From assembly GCA_964016885.1 (NCBI GenBank), contig OZ024740.1, positions 434,496,001-434,560,000 of the forward strand: a stretch of DNA of 64,000 nucleotides. The letters are read 5' to 3'. The notes under the pieces were generated by a model. The model made no database searches, was not told the DNA's origin, and worked only from the letters and a program-made list of their open reading frames with translations. This DNA comes from Eledone cirrhosa (taxonomy: Eukaryota). The translations under genes and the position numbers were made by a program. Below are positions 39,396 to 53,729 of the stretch, piece after piece (position 1 is the stretch's first letter; each line of letters begins with the position of its first letter).

Positions 39396-40099
39396 TTTCA
39401 TATAAAACTTGTCAATGTATTTACGTATCTGCTATGTTAGAGCAAAAAACCAAATTCTAATTATATATTTATTATATAGAATGCCAAACGTTTTAGTATT
39501 TACTTCCATCCATCCCCTTTTTGAGTTCAAATTCCACCAATGTGACTTGGTATTTAATATTCAGTTCACTATAAATTTATGACTTTCTCCTAACATTAGA
39601 ATTATGGTATTTTTAAAATCATATTACTGTACTGTTCATGTTGTAACAATCCTGATGTTTACTATAACTTGATTAGATAACTATATAGTGTCACTTCTTC
39701 AAAACTGAACACCGAAACTTGTGAAAAGAAGTAAATTATGTTACTTCTCCAATATATAACTGTTAGTGGTAAAGTTACTTTTATTCTCAGCAAATAATTA
39801 TGATAGTGTGCTAAATATATTTTCATTTGTTTACATGGTTCTGCAGTTTTATAGTTTTATTATTATAACTGCTACAAAACCTTTTTGCCTGACAGTCATT
39901 TTTTTTACTTGGCTCCGATTGAGATAAGTTTTCTCATCACAATTTCACTATTTTCCACCTATTTTCAGTTACGCCCTGAGAAAATAACAACTTATATTCT
40001 TGGCTTTTTGCCTGAAACATCTTGCAATGTCTGCCTCTTAGCTCACTACTGCTTCCATTAAAATCATTTTATCAAAATTATTTAGCACAGTTTTCCTTT

Positions 40100-43000
40100 G
40101 TGTCAGTGTGTCTGTCTGTCAGTGTGTGTCTGTCTGTCTGTCAGTGTGTCTGTCTGTGTGTCAGTGTCTGTCTGTCTGTCAGTGTGTGTCTGTCTGTCTG
40201 TCAGTGTGTGTCTGTTTGTCAGTGTGTGTCTGTCTGTCTGTCAGTGTGTGTCTGTCTGTCTGTCTGTCAGTGTGTCTGTCTGTCAGTGTGTGTCTGTCTG
40301 TCTGTCAGTGTGTGTCACCTCTGTCTGTCAGTGTGTGTCACCTCTGTCTGTCAGTGTGTGTCTCTCTGTCTGTCAGTGTGTGTCTCTCTGTCTGTCAGTG
40401 TGTGTCTGTCTGTCAGTGTGTGTCACCTCTGTCTGTCAGTGTGTGTCTCTCTGTCTGTCAGTGTGTGTCTGTCTGTCAGTGTGTGTCTGTCTGTCAGTGT
40501 GTCTGTCTGTCAGTGTGTGTCTGTCTGTCAGTGTGTGTCTGTCTGTCTGTCAGTGTGTGTCTGTCTGTCAGTGTGTGTCTGTCTGTCAGTGTGTGTCTGT
40601 CTGTCAGTGTGTGTCTGTCTGTCAGTGTGTGTCTGTCTGTCTGTCAGTGTGTGTGTCTGTCAGTGTGTGTCTGTCTGTCTGTCAGTGTGTGTGTCTGTCA
40701 GTGTGTGTCTGTCTGTCAGTGTGTGTGTCTGTCTGTCTGTCTGTCTGTCAGTGTGTCTCTGTCAGTGTCTGTCTGTCTGTCAGTGTGTGTGTCTGTCAGT
40801 GTGTGTCTGTCTGTCAGTGTGTGTGTCTGTCAGTGTGTGTCTGTCTGTCTGTCTGTCAGTGTGTGTCTGTCTGTCAGTGTGTGTCTGTCTGTCAGTGTGT
40901 CTGTCTGTCTGTCAGTGTGTGTCTGTCTGTCTGTCTGTCTGTCAGTGTGTGTCTGTCTGTCAGTGTGTGTGTCTGTCTGTCAGTGTGTGTCTGTCTGTGT
41001 GTCTGTCTGTCTGTCTGTCTGTCAGTGTGTGTGTCTGTCAGTGTGTGTCTGTCTGTCTGTCAGTGTGTCTGTCTGTCAGTGTGTGTCTGTCTGTCTGTCA
41101 GTGTGTGTCTGTCTGTCAGTGTGTCTGTCTGTCTGTATGTATGTCTGTCTGTCTGTCTGTCTGTCAGTGTGTGTCTGTCTGTCAGTGTGTGTCTGTCTGT
41201 CTGTCAGTGTGTGTCTGTCTGTCAGTGTGTGTCTGTCTGTCTGTCGGTGTGTGTGTCTGTCAGTGTGTGTCTGTCTGTCAGTGTGTGTCTGTCTGTCAGT
41301 GTGTGTCTGTCTGTCAGTGTGTGTTTGTCTGTCAGTGTGTGTCTGTCTGTCAGTGTGTGTCTGTCTGTCTGTCAGTGTGTGTCTGTCTGTCAGTGTGTGT
41401 CTGTCTGTCAGTGTGTGTCTCTGTCAGTGTGTGTGTCTGTCTGTCAGTGTGTGTCTGTCTGTCAGTGTGTGTCTGTGTGTGTGTCTGTCTGTCTGTCAGT
41501 GTGTCTGTCTGTCTGTCAGTGTGTCTGTCTGTCAGTGTGTCTGTCTGTCAGTGTGTGTGTCTGTCTGTCAGTGTGTGTCTGTCTGTCTGTCAGTGTGTGT
41601 GTCTGTCTGTCAGTGTGTGTCTGTCTGTCAGTGTGTCTGTCTGTCAGTGTGTGTCTGTCAGTGTGTGTCTGTCTGTCAGTGTGTGTCTGTCTGTCAGTGT
41701 GTGTGTCTGTCTGTCAGTGTGTCTGTCTGTGTGTCTGTCTGTCTGTCTGTCAGTGTGTGTCTGTGTGTCTGTCTGTCTGTCTGTGTGTCTGTCTGTCTGT
41801 GTGTCTGTCTGTCTGTCAGTGTGTGTGTCTGTCTGTCAGTGTGTGTGTCTGTCTGTCAGTGTGTGTCTGTCTGTCAGTGTGTGTCTGTCTGTCAGTGTCT
41901 GTCTGTCAGTGTGTGTCTGTCTGTCAGTGTGTGTCTGTCTGTCAGTGTGTGTCTGTCTGTCAGTGTGTGTCTGTCTGTCAGTGTGTGTCTGTCTGTGTGT
42001 GTCTGTCTGTCTGTGTGTGTCTGTCTGTCAGTGTGTGTCTGTCTGTCAGTGTGTGTCTGTCTGTCTGTCTGTGTGTGTCTGTCTGTCAGTGTGTGTGTCT
42101 GTCTGTCAGTGTGTGTGTCTGTCTGTCAGTGTGTGTGTCTGTCTGTCAGTGTGTGTGTCTGTCTGTCAGTGTGTGTGTCTGTCTGTCAGTGTGTGTGTCT
42201 GTCTGTCAGTGTGCGTGTCTGTCTGTCAGTGTGCGTGTCTGTCTGTCTGTCAGTGTGTGTCTGTCTGTCTGTCAGTGTGTGTCTGTCTGTCTGTCAGTGT
42301 GTGTGTCTGTCAGTGTGTGTCTGTCTGTCTGTCAGTGTGTGTCTGTCTGTATGTCAGTGTGTGTCTCTGTCAGTGTGTGTGTCTGTCAGTGTGTGTCTGT
42401 CTGTCTGTCAGTGTGTGTCTGTCTGTCTGTCAGTGTGTATCTGTCTGTCTGTCAGTGTGTATCTGTCTGTCAGTGTGTGTCTGTCTGTCTGTCAGTGTGT
42501 GTGTCTGTCAGTGTGTGTCTGTCTGTCTGTCAGTGTGTGTCTGTCTGTCAGTGTGTGTCTGTCTGTCTGTCTGTCAGTGTGTGTGTCTGTCAGTGTGTGT
42601 CTGTCTGTCAGTGTGTGTCTGTCTGTCTGTCAGTGTGTGTCTGTCTGTCAGTGTGTGTCTGTCTGTCTGTGTGTGTCTGTCTGTCTGTCTGTCAGTGTGT
42701 GTGTCTGTCAGTGTGTGTCTGTCTGTCAGTGTGTGTCTGTCTGTCTGTCTGTCAGTGTGTGTGTCTGTCAGTGTGTGTCTGTCTGTCTGTCAGTGTGTGT
42801 CTGTCTGTCTGTCAGTGTGTCTGTCTGTCTGTCTGTCAGTGTGTGTCTGTCTGTCAGTGTGTGTCTGTCTGTCTGTCTGTCAGTGTGTGTGTCTGTCAGT
42901 GTGTGTCTGTCTGTCTGTCTGTCAGTGTGTGTGTCTGTCAGTGTGTGTCTGTCTGTCAGTGTGTGTCTGTCCGTCTGTCAGTGTGTGTCTGTCTGTCTGT

Positions 43001-43649
43001 CAGTGTGTGTCTGTCTGTCTGTCAGTGTGTGTCTGTCTGTCAGTGTGTGTGTCTGTCAGTGTGTGTCTGTCTGTCTGTCAGTGTGTGTCTGTCAGTGTGT
43101 GTCTGTCTGTCTGTCAGTGTGTGTCTGTCTGTCTGTCAGTGTGTGTGTCTGTCAGTGTGTGTCTGTCTGTCTGTCAGTGTGTGTCTGTCTGTCAGTGTGT
43201 GTCTGTCTGTCTGTCAGTGTGTCTGTCTGTCAGTGTGTGTCTGTCAGTGTGTGTCTGTCTGTCTGTCAGTGTGTCTGTCTGTCAGTGTATCTGTCTGTCT
43301 GTCTGTCAGTGTGTGTCTGTCTGTCTGTCAGTGTGTCTGTCTGTCAGTGTATCTGTCTGTCTGTCTGTCTGTCAGTGTGTGTCTGTCTGTCTGTCAGTGT
43401 GTCTGTCTGTCAGTGTATCTGTCTGTCTGTCTGTCAGTGTGTGTCTGTCTGTCTGTCAGTGTGTCTGTCTGTCAGTGTATCTGTCTGTCTGTCTGTCTGT
43501 CAGTGTGTGTCTGTCTGTCAGTGTGTGTCTGTCTGTCTGTCAGTGTGTCTGTCAGTGTATCTGTCTGTCTGTCTGTCTGTCAGTGTGTGTCTGTCTGTCT
43601 GTCAGTGTGTCTGTCTGTCTGTCTGTCAGTGTATCTGTCTGTCTGTCTG
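40100..43649. repeat. Compound microsatellite (TCTG)n-TCAG-(TG)n, ~3.5 kb
   Basis: Direct reading; resumes at 48626 after the LINE. Confidence 0.98.
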
Positions 43650-43770
43650 AGGATAGTAGACGTCTTTCATATCGGCTCGTCGATTTGGAATTTTTACCTG
43701 GAATATTTGTGAGTGAATTATTTGAATTGTTTTTTATTATTGACTCAGAGGAAAGCTGTATGCCAGCATT

Positions 43771-44987
43771 ATGGTCCGAATGAAGGACGAAATGCCAGCT
43801 CAAAAATATTCGGTGGCACCTATAGTGTCACCACAATACACCTTCTTCCCCACATATAAAGGAAGAAGAACACAAAGAATAAGAATGTGGAGCCCAACGC
43901 CAGAAGTTAACATCTGGTCCGTCCTAACAGGATTTACGGACCTAGAAAAGGACATACTTATTTCAGCAGGGGAGTCCACCAGTGGACTGTTCGGGAGGAA
44001 AAGTCTGGAGGTTCTCTTACAGATGACACCTGAGAGAATCTCCGGTATACCCGACCGAGTCCTACTGGATGGGCGAACCTTCATAAATATCACAGTGGAA
44101 GGCAGGAGACCCTCATGTTACCACTGCGCTGGCAGAGGTCACCTGAGGACGGCCTGCCCTCTACTAACAACAAAAAAACCACTGCTACAAACACCACAAC
44201 AACAACAAAAACAACCAGCACCACCATCACAAAAACAACAAAATACACTACCATCACCACCACAAAGACAACAAAAACCAACAACACCACCACCACCACC
44301 ACAACAACAACATCAACAACAGCTCAAGAAAACAACCCAAAACACGGTCCCACCCAGCCCCACCCCACAGAACACAAATACAAAAACACACGCAGTTCAT
44401 ACACAACCCGGAGATATACCTTCCCCTCCAATACGGAAGAGGAGCTCATATCGTCGGAAGACGAGGGGGCTCCCTTCCAAAAAGTGAAAAGAAAAAAACG
44501 TACACACACCACACAAACAAAAATAACCCTACCTGACAACACAACACAGACAAAAAAACGCAAACTCACTCAAGAACAACAAGCAAAAACAAACACAACA
44601 CAAAAACTCTACACATACATAAACAAAAACAATAAAAACCTAACTGAAAAAATAGAAAACAACCCTTCGCTACAAACCGAAGGGCCGAATTTTGTAACGG
44701 CAATGGGACTCCCTAACCTGAAAATGGTGAAAATCCCACTTGACATTTTCAAAACTTTGAAAGACATTTACCCTGAGGACGTGGGCCCACCCTGCACCAG
44801 GCCACTCAACCGCGTCCTCCTGAAAGGTTTTCCCCTCCCCTCCTCAAACACCCACACAACTCCAAAGATCCCAACCCCTCCACACACTAATACCCCCACA
44901 CCACTACAAACCACCACCCCACCCATCAACCCCTCCACCAGCCCCATGGAAACTGAGCGGCCCGAACCCCGGGACGCAGAGAGGTAA
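43771..44987 (+). pseudogene. LINE ORF1 (gag-like, CCHC zinc knuckle), probably frameshifted
   Basis: VEGRRPSCYHCAGRGHLRTACP; reading continues in the overlapping frame (SSEDEGAPFQKVKRKKR) to 44987. Confidence 0.8.
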
Positions 44988-45010
44988 GTGCCTCTTTCTT
45001 TGCCACCAAC

Positions 45011-48000
45011 ATGGCTGTGTTAAGAGTAGGTTGTCTAAATGCGCGTGGCCTGGGCTCACCTTGGAAGCAAGCTAAACTTCTAAGTGACCTCAGGTCACAA
45101 TGTATAAATGTGATGGTTATTTGCGAGGTCCGGATCAGCAGCGTGCGACAGCTAGCCCCCACCTTTGATGACTTTGAGATGCACGCATCTCTCTGTCAGC
45201 CCGGAGTGGGGCTGGGGTTGTCGTTCTGCTGCAAAAACATCTGGGTCTCGCTACACAGACGGTACACTTGGACCCGGAGGGTCGACTCGTGGTTCTGGAC
45301 CTTGGCAATGGTGAAGGCGAAGCTTTTAGGCTTGTCGCCGTATACGCCCCTTTTGGGGCAATGCGGTCGGACTTCTTCCATCGTCTGGAGACTTTTCTAG
45401 GGACGTCCCGCTCCTTGCTTTTAGTGGGGGACTGGAATGGTATCCTAGATACACGTTGGGACTATGTAGGGGCATGTCCCGATAGAGGGGGGTGTAACAG
45501 CCTTAAGGGGTTAATCGGCCAATTTGACCTGGCCGATAGATACCGACTAGATTTTCCGACTGTGCCAACCTGGACTTGGTGAAATAACAGTGGTCAATCT
45601 AGATCGTACCTAGATAGGTTCTTAGTTAGAATTAAGGATAGGGACTTTTTAAGTTGTCCAGAAATGCTCATGGTGGGCTATTCAGACCACAAGTTAGTGA
45701 CCTGCGTAGTCCACCTTGATAGAACGCATAGGCAGGGGCCCGGTTACTGGAAGCTCATCTTGTCCTTACCGGCAAGTAGAGCTTACAGGGACCGGATTAG
45801 AACCTTAGTTAAGGAGCGGTTGACGGGCGCCATCGTCAACAACAGGTGGTGGGGCTCTCTAAAAAGAGAGATTAGAGTAGTTTCAATAGGAGTTAGTAAG
45901 GAGTTAGCCTCAGATAGAAATAGGAAGGAAAGGGAGTTGGTAGTTAACGTTGAAGAGGCAATGAGAAGCGGCAACGTGGCCAGAGTGCAAGCGTCGAGAA
46001 CGGTCTTGAACCAGTTCTTCGACGCGAAACACGAAGGCTGCGTTGTCCGAAGCAAAATACGTGCTCTGGGAAACGAGGGGACCAAAGCTGTTAGCTGGGC
46101 CCGCGTGACAGAAGCGAAAAGTGGGATTAAATCCACTATCCGGTCTTTGCGAGACCAGGATGGACGGGTGATCCTTGAACCTAAGCAAATGTGTGAGGCC
46201 TTTCAAAGGCACTTTGCCCAATTGTTCGGGAGGGGCGGGGGGCCGGTTGGAGATGTGGATTTCGGTCCATACCTCGACGGCCTGCCGCGTCTTTCGGACA
46301 AGGAGGCGAGGTCCTGCGACGGGCCGATCTCAGCTGCTGAAATAGGGGACGTGCTGAGCCTATGCGGCAAACGCAAATCTCCAGGACTCGATGGTCTGCC
46401 CTACGAACTATATATTAATATGCCGGACTTGTTCCCCGATCTCCTCGAGTCGGTCTACTGCAACTGGCAACATAACGGGAGAATTCCCTGTTCTGTGACC
46501 AAGGGCGTAGTCTCGCTAGTGAGGAAGGACGAGAACAAGGGGGATGACATTAGTAATTTTAGGCCCATAACTCTGCTAAATGCAGTGTTAAAGATTTTGG
46601 CCAAGGTGTTAGCGAAGAGGTTGGCGCTTGTCATGGGGGGCCTGGTGGGAGATGCGCAGACATGCGCTATCCCGTCCAGGTCCATCCACGACAACCTCCA
46701 CCTCATGCGATACATCATAGAGAGGGTTGGGAACGAACCCGGCTTTGGTGGGGCCCTGATAAATTTAGATCAGTCTAAAGCGTTCGATAGGGTGGACCAT
46801 GGTTACCTGGATGTGGTGCTAGCGGCGGCTGGTTTCGGACCCGTTTTCAGGGGCTGGATCACATGCACAGCAGCCGCATCTGCTCTAGAGTCAAGGTGAA
46901 CCCGCTCCATCCGACAGGGATGCCCTCTCTCCTACCTTCTGTATGTATTGGCTCTCGAGCCACTACTGCGGAAGTTGGAGTTGTTGCAAGGCATCCCTTT
47001 GGAACCGGGATTGCGCAAAGCGGTGTCGGCCTACGCCGATGACGTAACAGTAATGGTGTCGACCACCTCGGAAATCGAGGCAATCGGCACCTTACTGGAG
47101 GAGTACGAAAGGTTGACAGGGGCTAAGCTGAACCGGGACATGTCAGTCGCTTTGCAACTCGGCGAGTGGAGGGGCAAAGCGATGTCGTGCGACGGTAGAC
47201 GGAGGGCCCGGTGAAGTTGCTTGGGGTCTGGTTCGGACCGGACCTCCAGGTGGAGAAAAACTGGGGTGAGGTGACGAATAGAGTGTTTGCACTGACCCAG
47301 AAGTGGGGAGAGTGCAAACTATCCCTGAAAGGTCGGGCGGAGGTGGCGAACGCTTACATAGCGTCCGTCATCTATTACCGCTTGACTGTCGTGCCTTGCC
47401 CGGGTGAGATCCTCGCCAAAATGGAGCGCACCCTCTTTTATTTCCTTTGAAAGAAGAGGTCTCCTCTGGTGAGGAGATCCATCTGCTGTCAACACCCTTT
47501 GAAAGGAGTGCTTATGATGCCGTGGCTAAAAATGCGTAAACACGCATTGAGGCTAAGGCACCTCCAGGTATTCCTCACCAGTCAACCGGTGTGAGCCCCG
47601 TTTGTGAGACGAGCCTTCCCGAAGCTCGTCTCGCTCACCGAGCTGCAGTCCTGGGTGAAGCAAAGACCGAGAAAACTGGGCGACTGGCACACCGAGTGTG
47701 CCCAGGCGCTCACGGCTCTCTGGCAGGCGGACCCGGCTATCGACGGAGACTCCACCTCGTCATTCTATAGAGGGCTGGTGGTTAGCGGGTGCGACGACGC
47801 CCTCGGAGAAACCCTAGGCATGGAGGAGGACGAACTGGCCAGTCTATTCGGTAGGACTTTCGGCCCGGGACCTATGGACAACTTCCAGAAGTCCTTGGCC
47901 TGGCAGTGCTACCGAGGGGCTCTGCCCGTTCGGGATAAGCTCTACAGACACGGGCGCCCGGGTAGGGACCCCTCGAAAAAGATCTGTCCCAGATGCGTGC

Positions 48001-48401
48001 GCGACGAGGAAACCGTCGCGCACACATTGGTGCACTACCCGGGCGTTGCCGATCTGTGGGGCTATGTCGAACAACTGCTGTCACGGGTGCGACTAATTAG
48101 GTTGACCACCGAGTCCATTGTAACGATCAAGCCGCCTCCCCCCTTCAAAAATGAAGGAGAGGCGGTCTTCCTCTGTGTAATAGCCATGGTAAAAGAGGCT
48201 ATATGGTGGACGCGTCTGAAAGGACTGAGGTCAGACACCTTTCTCTCCGGCCAACAACTGGTCCTTTTCTTCCGATACCATTTCGGAAGAAGGATCAGGA
48301 TGGAGAGAGAGGTGCTCCACTCCAGCCAGTTTTATGAAAGGTGGGTGAAAGTTGCGAGAATGGCCCGTGTGAATGGGCCTTCTCTCTACCTCAGCCTGTA
48401 G
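45011..48401 (+). pseudogene. LINE ORF2 (APE endonuclease, reverse transcriptase, zinc finger), multiple stops and frameshifts
   Basis: LNARGL, VAVYAP, LVGDWN, SDH; KSPGLDGLP, FRPITLLN, LDQSKAFDRVDH, RQGCPLS, AYADDV; CPRC..EETVAHTLVHY; stops at ~45580, 47448 and 47592. Confidence 0.93.
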
Positions 48402-48625
48402 GTGGAAAAGGAAGAAGGGAGCACCCTCTCTTTGTGCTCCCGTGGAGAAGGGTCGCACACTTCTTTTCGGGGATGTGTGTGACCCCAAAACGATCCCTCC
48501 CTATTGAGGACCTTCTTGTTACTATTTTGTTTCTTATATTTTTCTTACTCGATTTTTATGTAAACTCCCCCCACCCATGTACATGTCCCTTTCTTTTGTG
48601 CCCTAGTGGCAAATAAACAGAAATT

Positions 48626-48756
48626 TGTCTGCCGGTGTGTGTGTCTGTCAGTGTGTCTGTCTGTCTGCCAGTGTGTGTCTGTCAGTGTGTCTGCCTGTCT
48701 GTCTGCCAGTGTGTGTCTGTCTGTCAGTCTGTCTGTCTGTGTGTGTGTGTGTGTGT
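48626..48756. repeat. Continuation of the TCTG/TG microsatellite
   Basis: tgtctgtcagtgtgtctg... same units as 40100-43649. Confidence 0.9.
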
Positions 48757-49184
48757 TTGTTTGGTTGTGGTAAACATTTTATTCCTCTTTAGTAAAGATC
48801 TATTACTGGGAATAATTTTCTAATTATTCCTTTTTTTTGTAAAAGTCTGACATTAAGTTGTGATGTAGTAATCTGATCTCCCCTTTTGAAGTTCACTTTC
48901 ACTGTCCAGACTCTTCATACTATATATCAACTTATATTTCTATGTCTGTCATAGGGGAGAAGATGGCGATTTGTTCAGCATTAAATGATTTCTGTTCGCT
49001 AATTAACTTGTATTTCACTTGAATTAAGTATGTTACAGCAAAAGTTCACTATTTTCTATTCTAAATGGTACTTTATTGAATTGTTTATAATATCTTATAT
49101 AAAGTGATACTAAATAAGTTTACAGTATCACACCTCTATCTTACTATTCATTCTCTAATTCTATCCTAAAATATATCTTCTCCC

Positions 49185-49435
49185 ACTTATTGCTTGTTGT
49201 GGGAGTCCTCAAACACTCCTTCCAGTGGGTCCTGTCTGAAGCAGCCATTTCTAACTGATCTGGCTGGATCTCCAAGCCAAGCTCATGGATGTTATCCAAT
49301 CCTCTTGCTCGGGGTCTACTCCTAGGTCTCCCGATGGTTGGTTTTGCCCATAAAATGTGTCCGGTGATACTTTCCTAAGACATTCTAACCACATTCTCAT
49401 AGTATTGGAGTTGTGATCTCACAATTCGGAGAATA
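49185..49435 (-). mobile_element. RTE-clade LINE 3' fragment
   Basis: gagtcctcaaacactccttccagtgggtc is identical to 26756-26784. Confidence 0.75.
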
Positions 49436-49789
49436 TATAATTTAGTAAAGTATTTACTTCCTTATCAGTAAGGCAGAATAGCTGGAAACTTTGGTAGTTG
49501 TTATTCCTTCCATTTTTTTTTTTTTGTTAAAGAATTTCAGACATAAAATAGATGTCAGGAGTGGATCTATTTAAGAGAATTTTTTGTTTTATATTAACAT
49601 GTATCAATATGTTGCAGAATTAATGGAACAACTATTGGTTGAGAGAGATAGGTTTGTAACTCCTGATGGTGTAAGGGCTGCCGTATTGACATACATCGTT
49701 TCTTGGGCATTTTAACCGTAGCAGAGCTCATCTCCTCTCCTGCCTGCATACAGAGAGTGAGAGAGAGGAAGAGATATAGAGAAAGAATT

Positions 49790-49937
49790 GATCCCAGTAC
49801 AAGATTGATAGTTTTTTTTTTTTTTATTGACCTCGAACGTATAAAAGGTAAAGTTGACCTCAGTGAGATTTGAACTGAGAGAGCTGGAACAAATACCACA
49901 AATCATTCTATCTGCTGTTCTAACAACTCTGACAATT
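49790..49937 (-). mobile_element. Old diverged family A-like SINE
   Basis: ttattgacctcgaacgtataaaaggtaaagttgacctcagtgagatttgaact. Confidence 0.55.
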
Positions 49938-49979
49938 TGAAAGTAGTCTGAAAACTAGGGTTAAGTTTGAGAGTAAGAA

Positions 49980-51785
49980 TGTATTGGTTGGGGTCATATA
50001 TTGACTGTGGTATCGGTTGTGGGTCATATATTGACTGTGGTATTGGTTGGGGGTCATATATTGGTTGGTATTGGTTGGGGTCATATATTGATTGTGGTAT
50101 TGGTTGGGGTCATATATTGACTGTGGTATTGGTTGGGGTCATATATTGACTGTGGTATTGGTTGGGGTCATATATTGACTGTGGTATTGGTTGGGGTCAT
50201 ATATTGACTGTGGTATCGGTTGTGGGTCATATATTGACTGTGGTATTGGTTGGGGGTCATATATTGGTTGGTATTGGTTGGGGTCATATATTGATTGTGG
50301 TATTGGTTGGGGTCATATATTGACTGTGGTATTGGTTGGGGTCATATATTGACTGTGGTATTGGTTAGGGGTCATATATTGACTGTGGTATTGGTTGGGG
50401 TCATATATTGACTGTGGTATTGGTTGGGGTCATATATTGGTTGGTATTGGTTGGGGGTCATATATTGACTGTGGTATTGGTTGTGGGTCATATATTGACT
50501 GTGGTATTCGTTGGGGGTCATATATTGGTTGGTATTGGTTGGGGTCATATATTGACTGTGGTATTGGTTGGGGTCATATATTGACTGTGGTATTGGTTGG
50601 GGTCATATATTGACTGTGGTATCGGTTGTGGGTCATATATTGACTGTGGTATTGGTTGGGGGTCATATATTGGTTGGTATTGGTTGGGGTCATATATTGA
50701 TTGTGGTATTGGTTGGGGTCATATATTGACTGTGGTATTGGTTGGGGTCATATATTGACTGTGGTATTGGTTAGGGGTCATATATTGACTGTGGTATTGG
50801 TTGGGGTCATATATTGACTGTGGTATTGGTTGGGGTCATATATTGGTTGGTATTGGTTGGGGGTCATATATTGACTGTGGTATTGGTTGTGGGTCATATA
50901 TTGACTGTGGTATTCGTTGGGGGTCATATATTGGTTGGTATTGGTTGGGGGTCATATATTGACTGTGGTATTGGTTGGGGTCATATATTGGTTGGTATTG
51001 GTTGGGGGTCATATATTGACTGTGGTATTGGTTGTGGGTCATATATTGACTGTGGTATTCGTTGGGGGTCATATATTGGTTGGTATTGGTTGGGGGTCAT
51101 ATATTGACTGTGGTATTGGTTGGGGTCATATATTGACTGTGGTATTGGTTGTGGGTCATATATTGACTGTAGTATTGGTTGTGGGTCATATATTGACTGT
51201 GGTATTGGTTGGGGGTCATATATTGACTGTAGTATTGGTTGGGAGTCATATATTGGTTGGGGGTCATATATTGACTGTGGTATTGGTTGGGGGTCATATA
51301 TTGACTGTGGTATTGGTTGGGGTCATATATTGACTGTGGTATTGGTTGTGGGTCATATATTGACTGTAGTATTGGTTGGGAGTCATATATTGACTGTGGT
51401 ATTGGTTGGGGGTCATATATTGACTGTAGTATTGGTTGGGAGTCATATATTGGTTGGGGGTCATATATTGACTGTGGTATTGGTTGGGGGTCATATATTG
51501 ACTGTGGTATTGGTTGGGGTCATATATTGACTGTGGTATTGGTTGGGGGTCATATATTGACTGTAGTATTGGTTGGGAGTCATATATTGGTTGGGGGTCA
51601 TATATTGACTGTGGTATTGGTTGGGGGTCATATATTGACTGTGATATTGGTTGGGGTCATATATTGACTGTAGTGTTGGTTAGGGTCATATATTGACTGT
51701 AGTATTGGTTGGGGTCATATATTGACTGTGGTATTGGTTGGGGGTCATATATTGACTGTGGTATTGGTTGGGGTCATATATTGAC
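49980..51785. repeat. 29-30-bp minisatellite, ~60 copies
   Basis: Unit ggtattggttgggg(g)tcatatattgactgt with shorter variants. Confidence 0.97.
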
Positions 51786-51988
51786 CAGAAAGTGGTATTG
51801 TTTAAAATACAGAAGCCATAAAATACAGGAGTGTTTGGTTAATGCAATGAGAGGATGCAGCAAATGTGTGGCATTTGAAGCAGACAAATGCTGCATCTAT
51901 CATGTTAAATGATCCGACTCAGATGAAAGGTCACTTTATTACATAAACATTTCAAATCTGCACTCTGATGAATTGTTTAAAGTTGGTG

Positions 51989-52612
<624 letters not shown>

Positions 52613-52844
52613 TTGTGGTTTGAATGTACACACATACACTGCCACACACACACACACCCTCCTCAGCTGTTTCCTTCCCCACCTCTACCCCCTACCTTCC
52701 ATCCTCCCCCCTCTACCTTCTCATCAATATTCCCCCTCCCCACCATCACAATATCTAAACGATAATAAAGTAAGGAGTGCGGGACTGCGTACGGTTTATT
52801 TATTTTAATCCTGTTTGTAAAATAAGTTGGATTTCTTTGAATAA

Positions 52845-53027
52845 ATAATTGTTTCTACTTTTGGCACAAGGCCAGCAATTACCCAGTGCATTACTGGTAC
52901 TTTATTTTATCGACCCTGTAAGGTTGAAAGGCAAAGTTAACCTCGGCGGGATTTGACCATAAAGGGATGTAACTTTGCTGTAAAGCATGGCGTCCGACCC
53001 TCTACCGATACTGCCAATTCACCGCCC
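52845..53027 (-). mobile_element. SINE family A, near full length
   Basis: Aligns to the 12000 copy; ttgaataaat duplicated on both flanks. Confidence 0.88.
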
Positions 53028-53334
53028 TTGAATAAATTCACCTTTCTTTGAATAAATAATGAATGAATATTACATAATTTGTGTACTAAATTAAATTTAA
53101 TATAAATATTAATATAAATAATGTTATTGCTTATTTAAAATTGACTTCTTTTCAAAGTTTCAAATTTCTACATTTCCGGTATATCGTCGCCACCACCACC
53201 ACTTCAACTACCATATATATAGAAAGAGAGAGTGTGTGGTGAGAGAGATAGTGATTATGATTTTCTACGTGCTGACGTGTATCTATGTGTATGAGCACAT
53301 ACATACATCTGTATGTATGAGTATATAACTATTA

Positions 53335-53414
53335 TGAGTATATAACTATTATGAGTATATAACTATTATGAGTATATAACTATTATGAGTATATAACTAT
53401 TATGAGTATATAAC
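53335..53414. repeat. 17-bp tandem repeat, ~4.5 copies
   Basis: tatgagtatataactat. Confidence 0.9.
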
Positions 53415-53729
53415 AATAATCACACAAACTTATAAAAATACACGCTCACGGACATACATTCAGATAAATACACATACTTTCACACATATACACACACACA
53501 CATTCACACATACAGTCATGATAGCGTTCGGTGAAGTGGAAATGGGAGGGTAAAACAAGTATAATGTTTTATTTATTTATTAACACAGTTTAACTCTTTT
53601 TTTTTTATACTCATTTGTATAAAAATTTAATATAATGATTACAGAACGAAAACACAAACAAATATAATATATACAAAGGAAAGGGATAGGAAAAAATACA
53701 CAAGCAGGTAATACCCACATCTTAGACCA

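Larger units (their letters stand above)
43650..48625 (+). mobile_element. Near full-length Tx1/L1-clade non-LTR retrotransposon, inactivated
   Basis: 5' UTR, ORF1 with zinc knuckle, ORF2 with APE, RT and C-terminal zinc finger, 3' UTR ending aataaacagaaatt; embedded in a TCTG/TG microsatellite. Confidence 0.92.

Noticed and set aside
40022-43783. Cys/Val/Ser/Leu-rich ORFs of ~1200 aa in all three frames
   Set aside because: Microsatellite translation
49594-49760. Minus-strand acceptor-like site followed by AGEEMSSATVKMPKKR
   Set aside because: Pyrimidine tract is a CT microsatellite at a SINE tail; no recognisable protein or convincing donor
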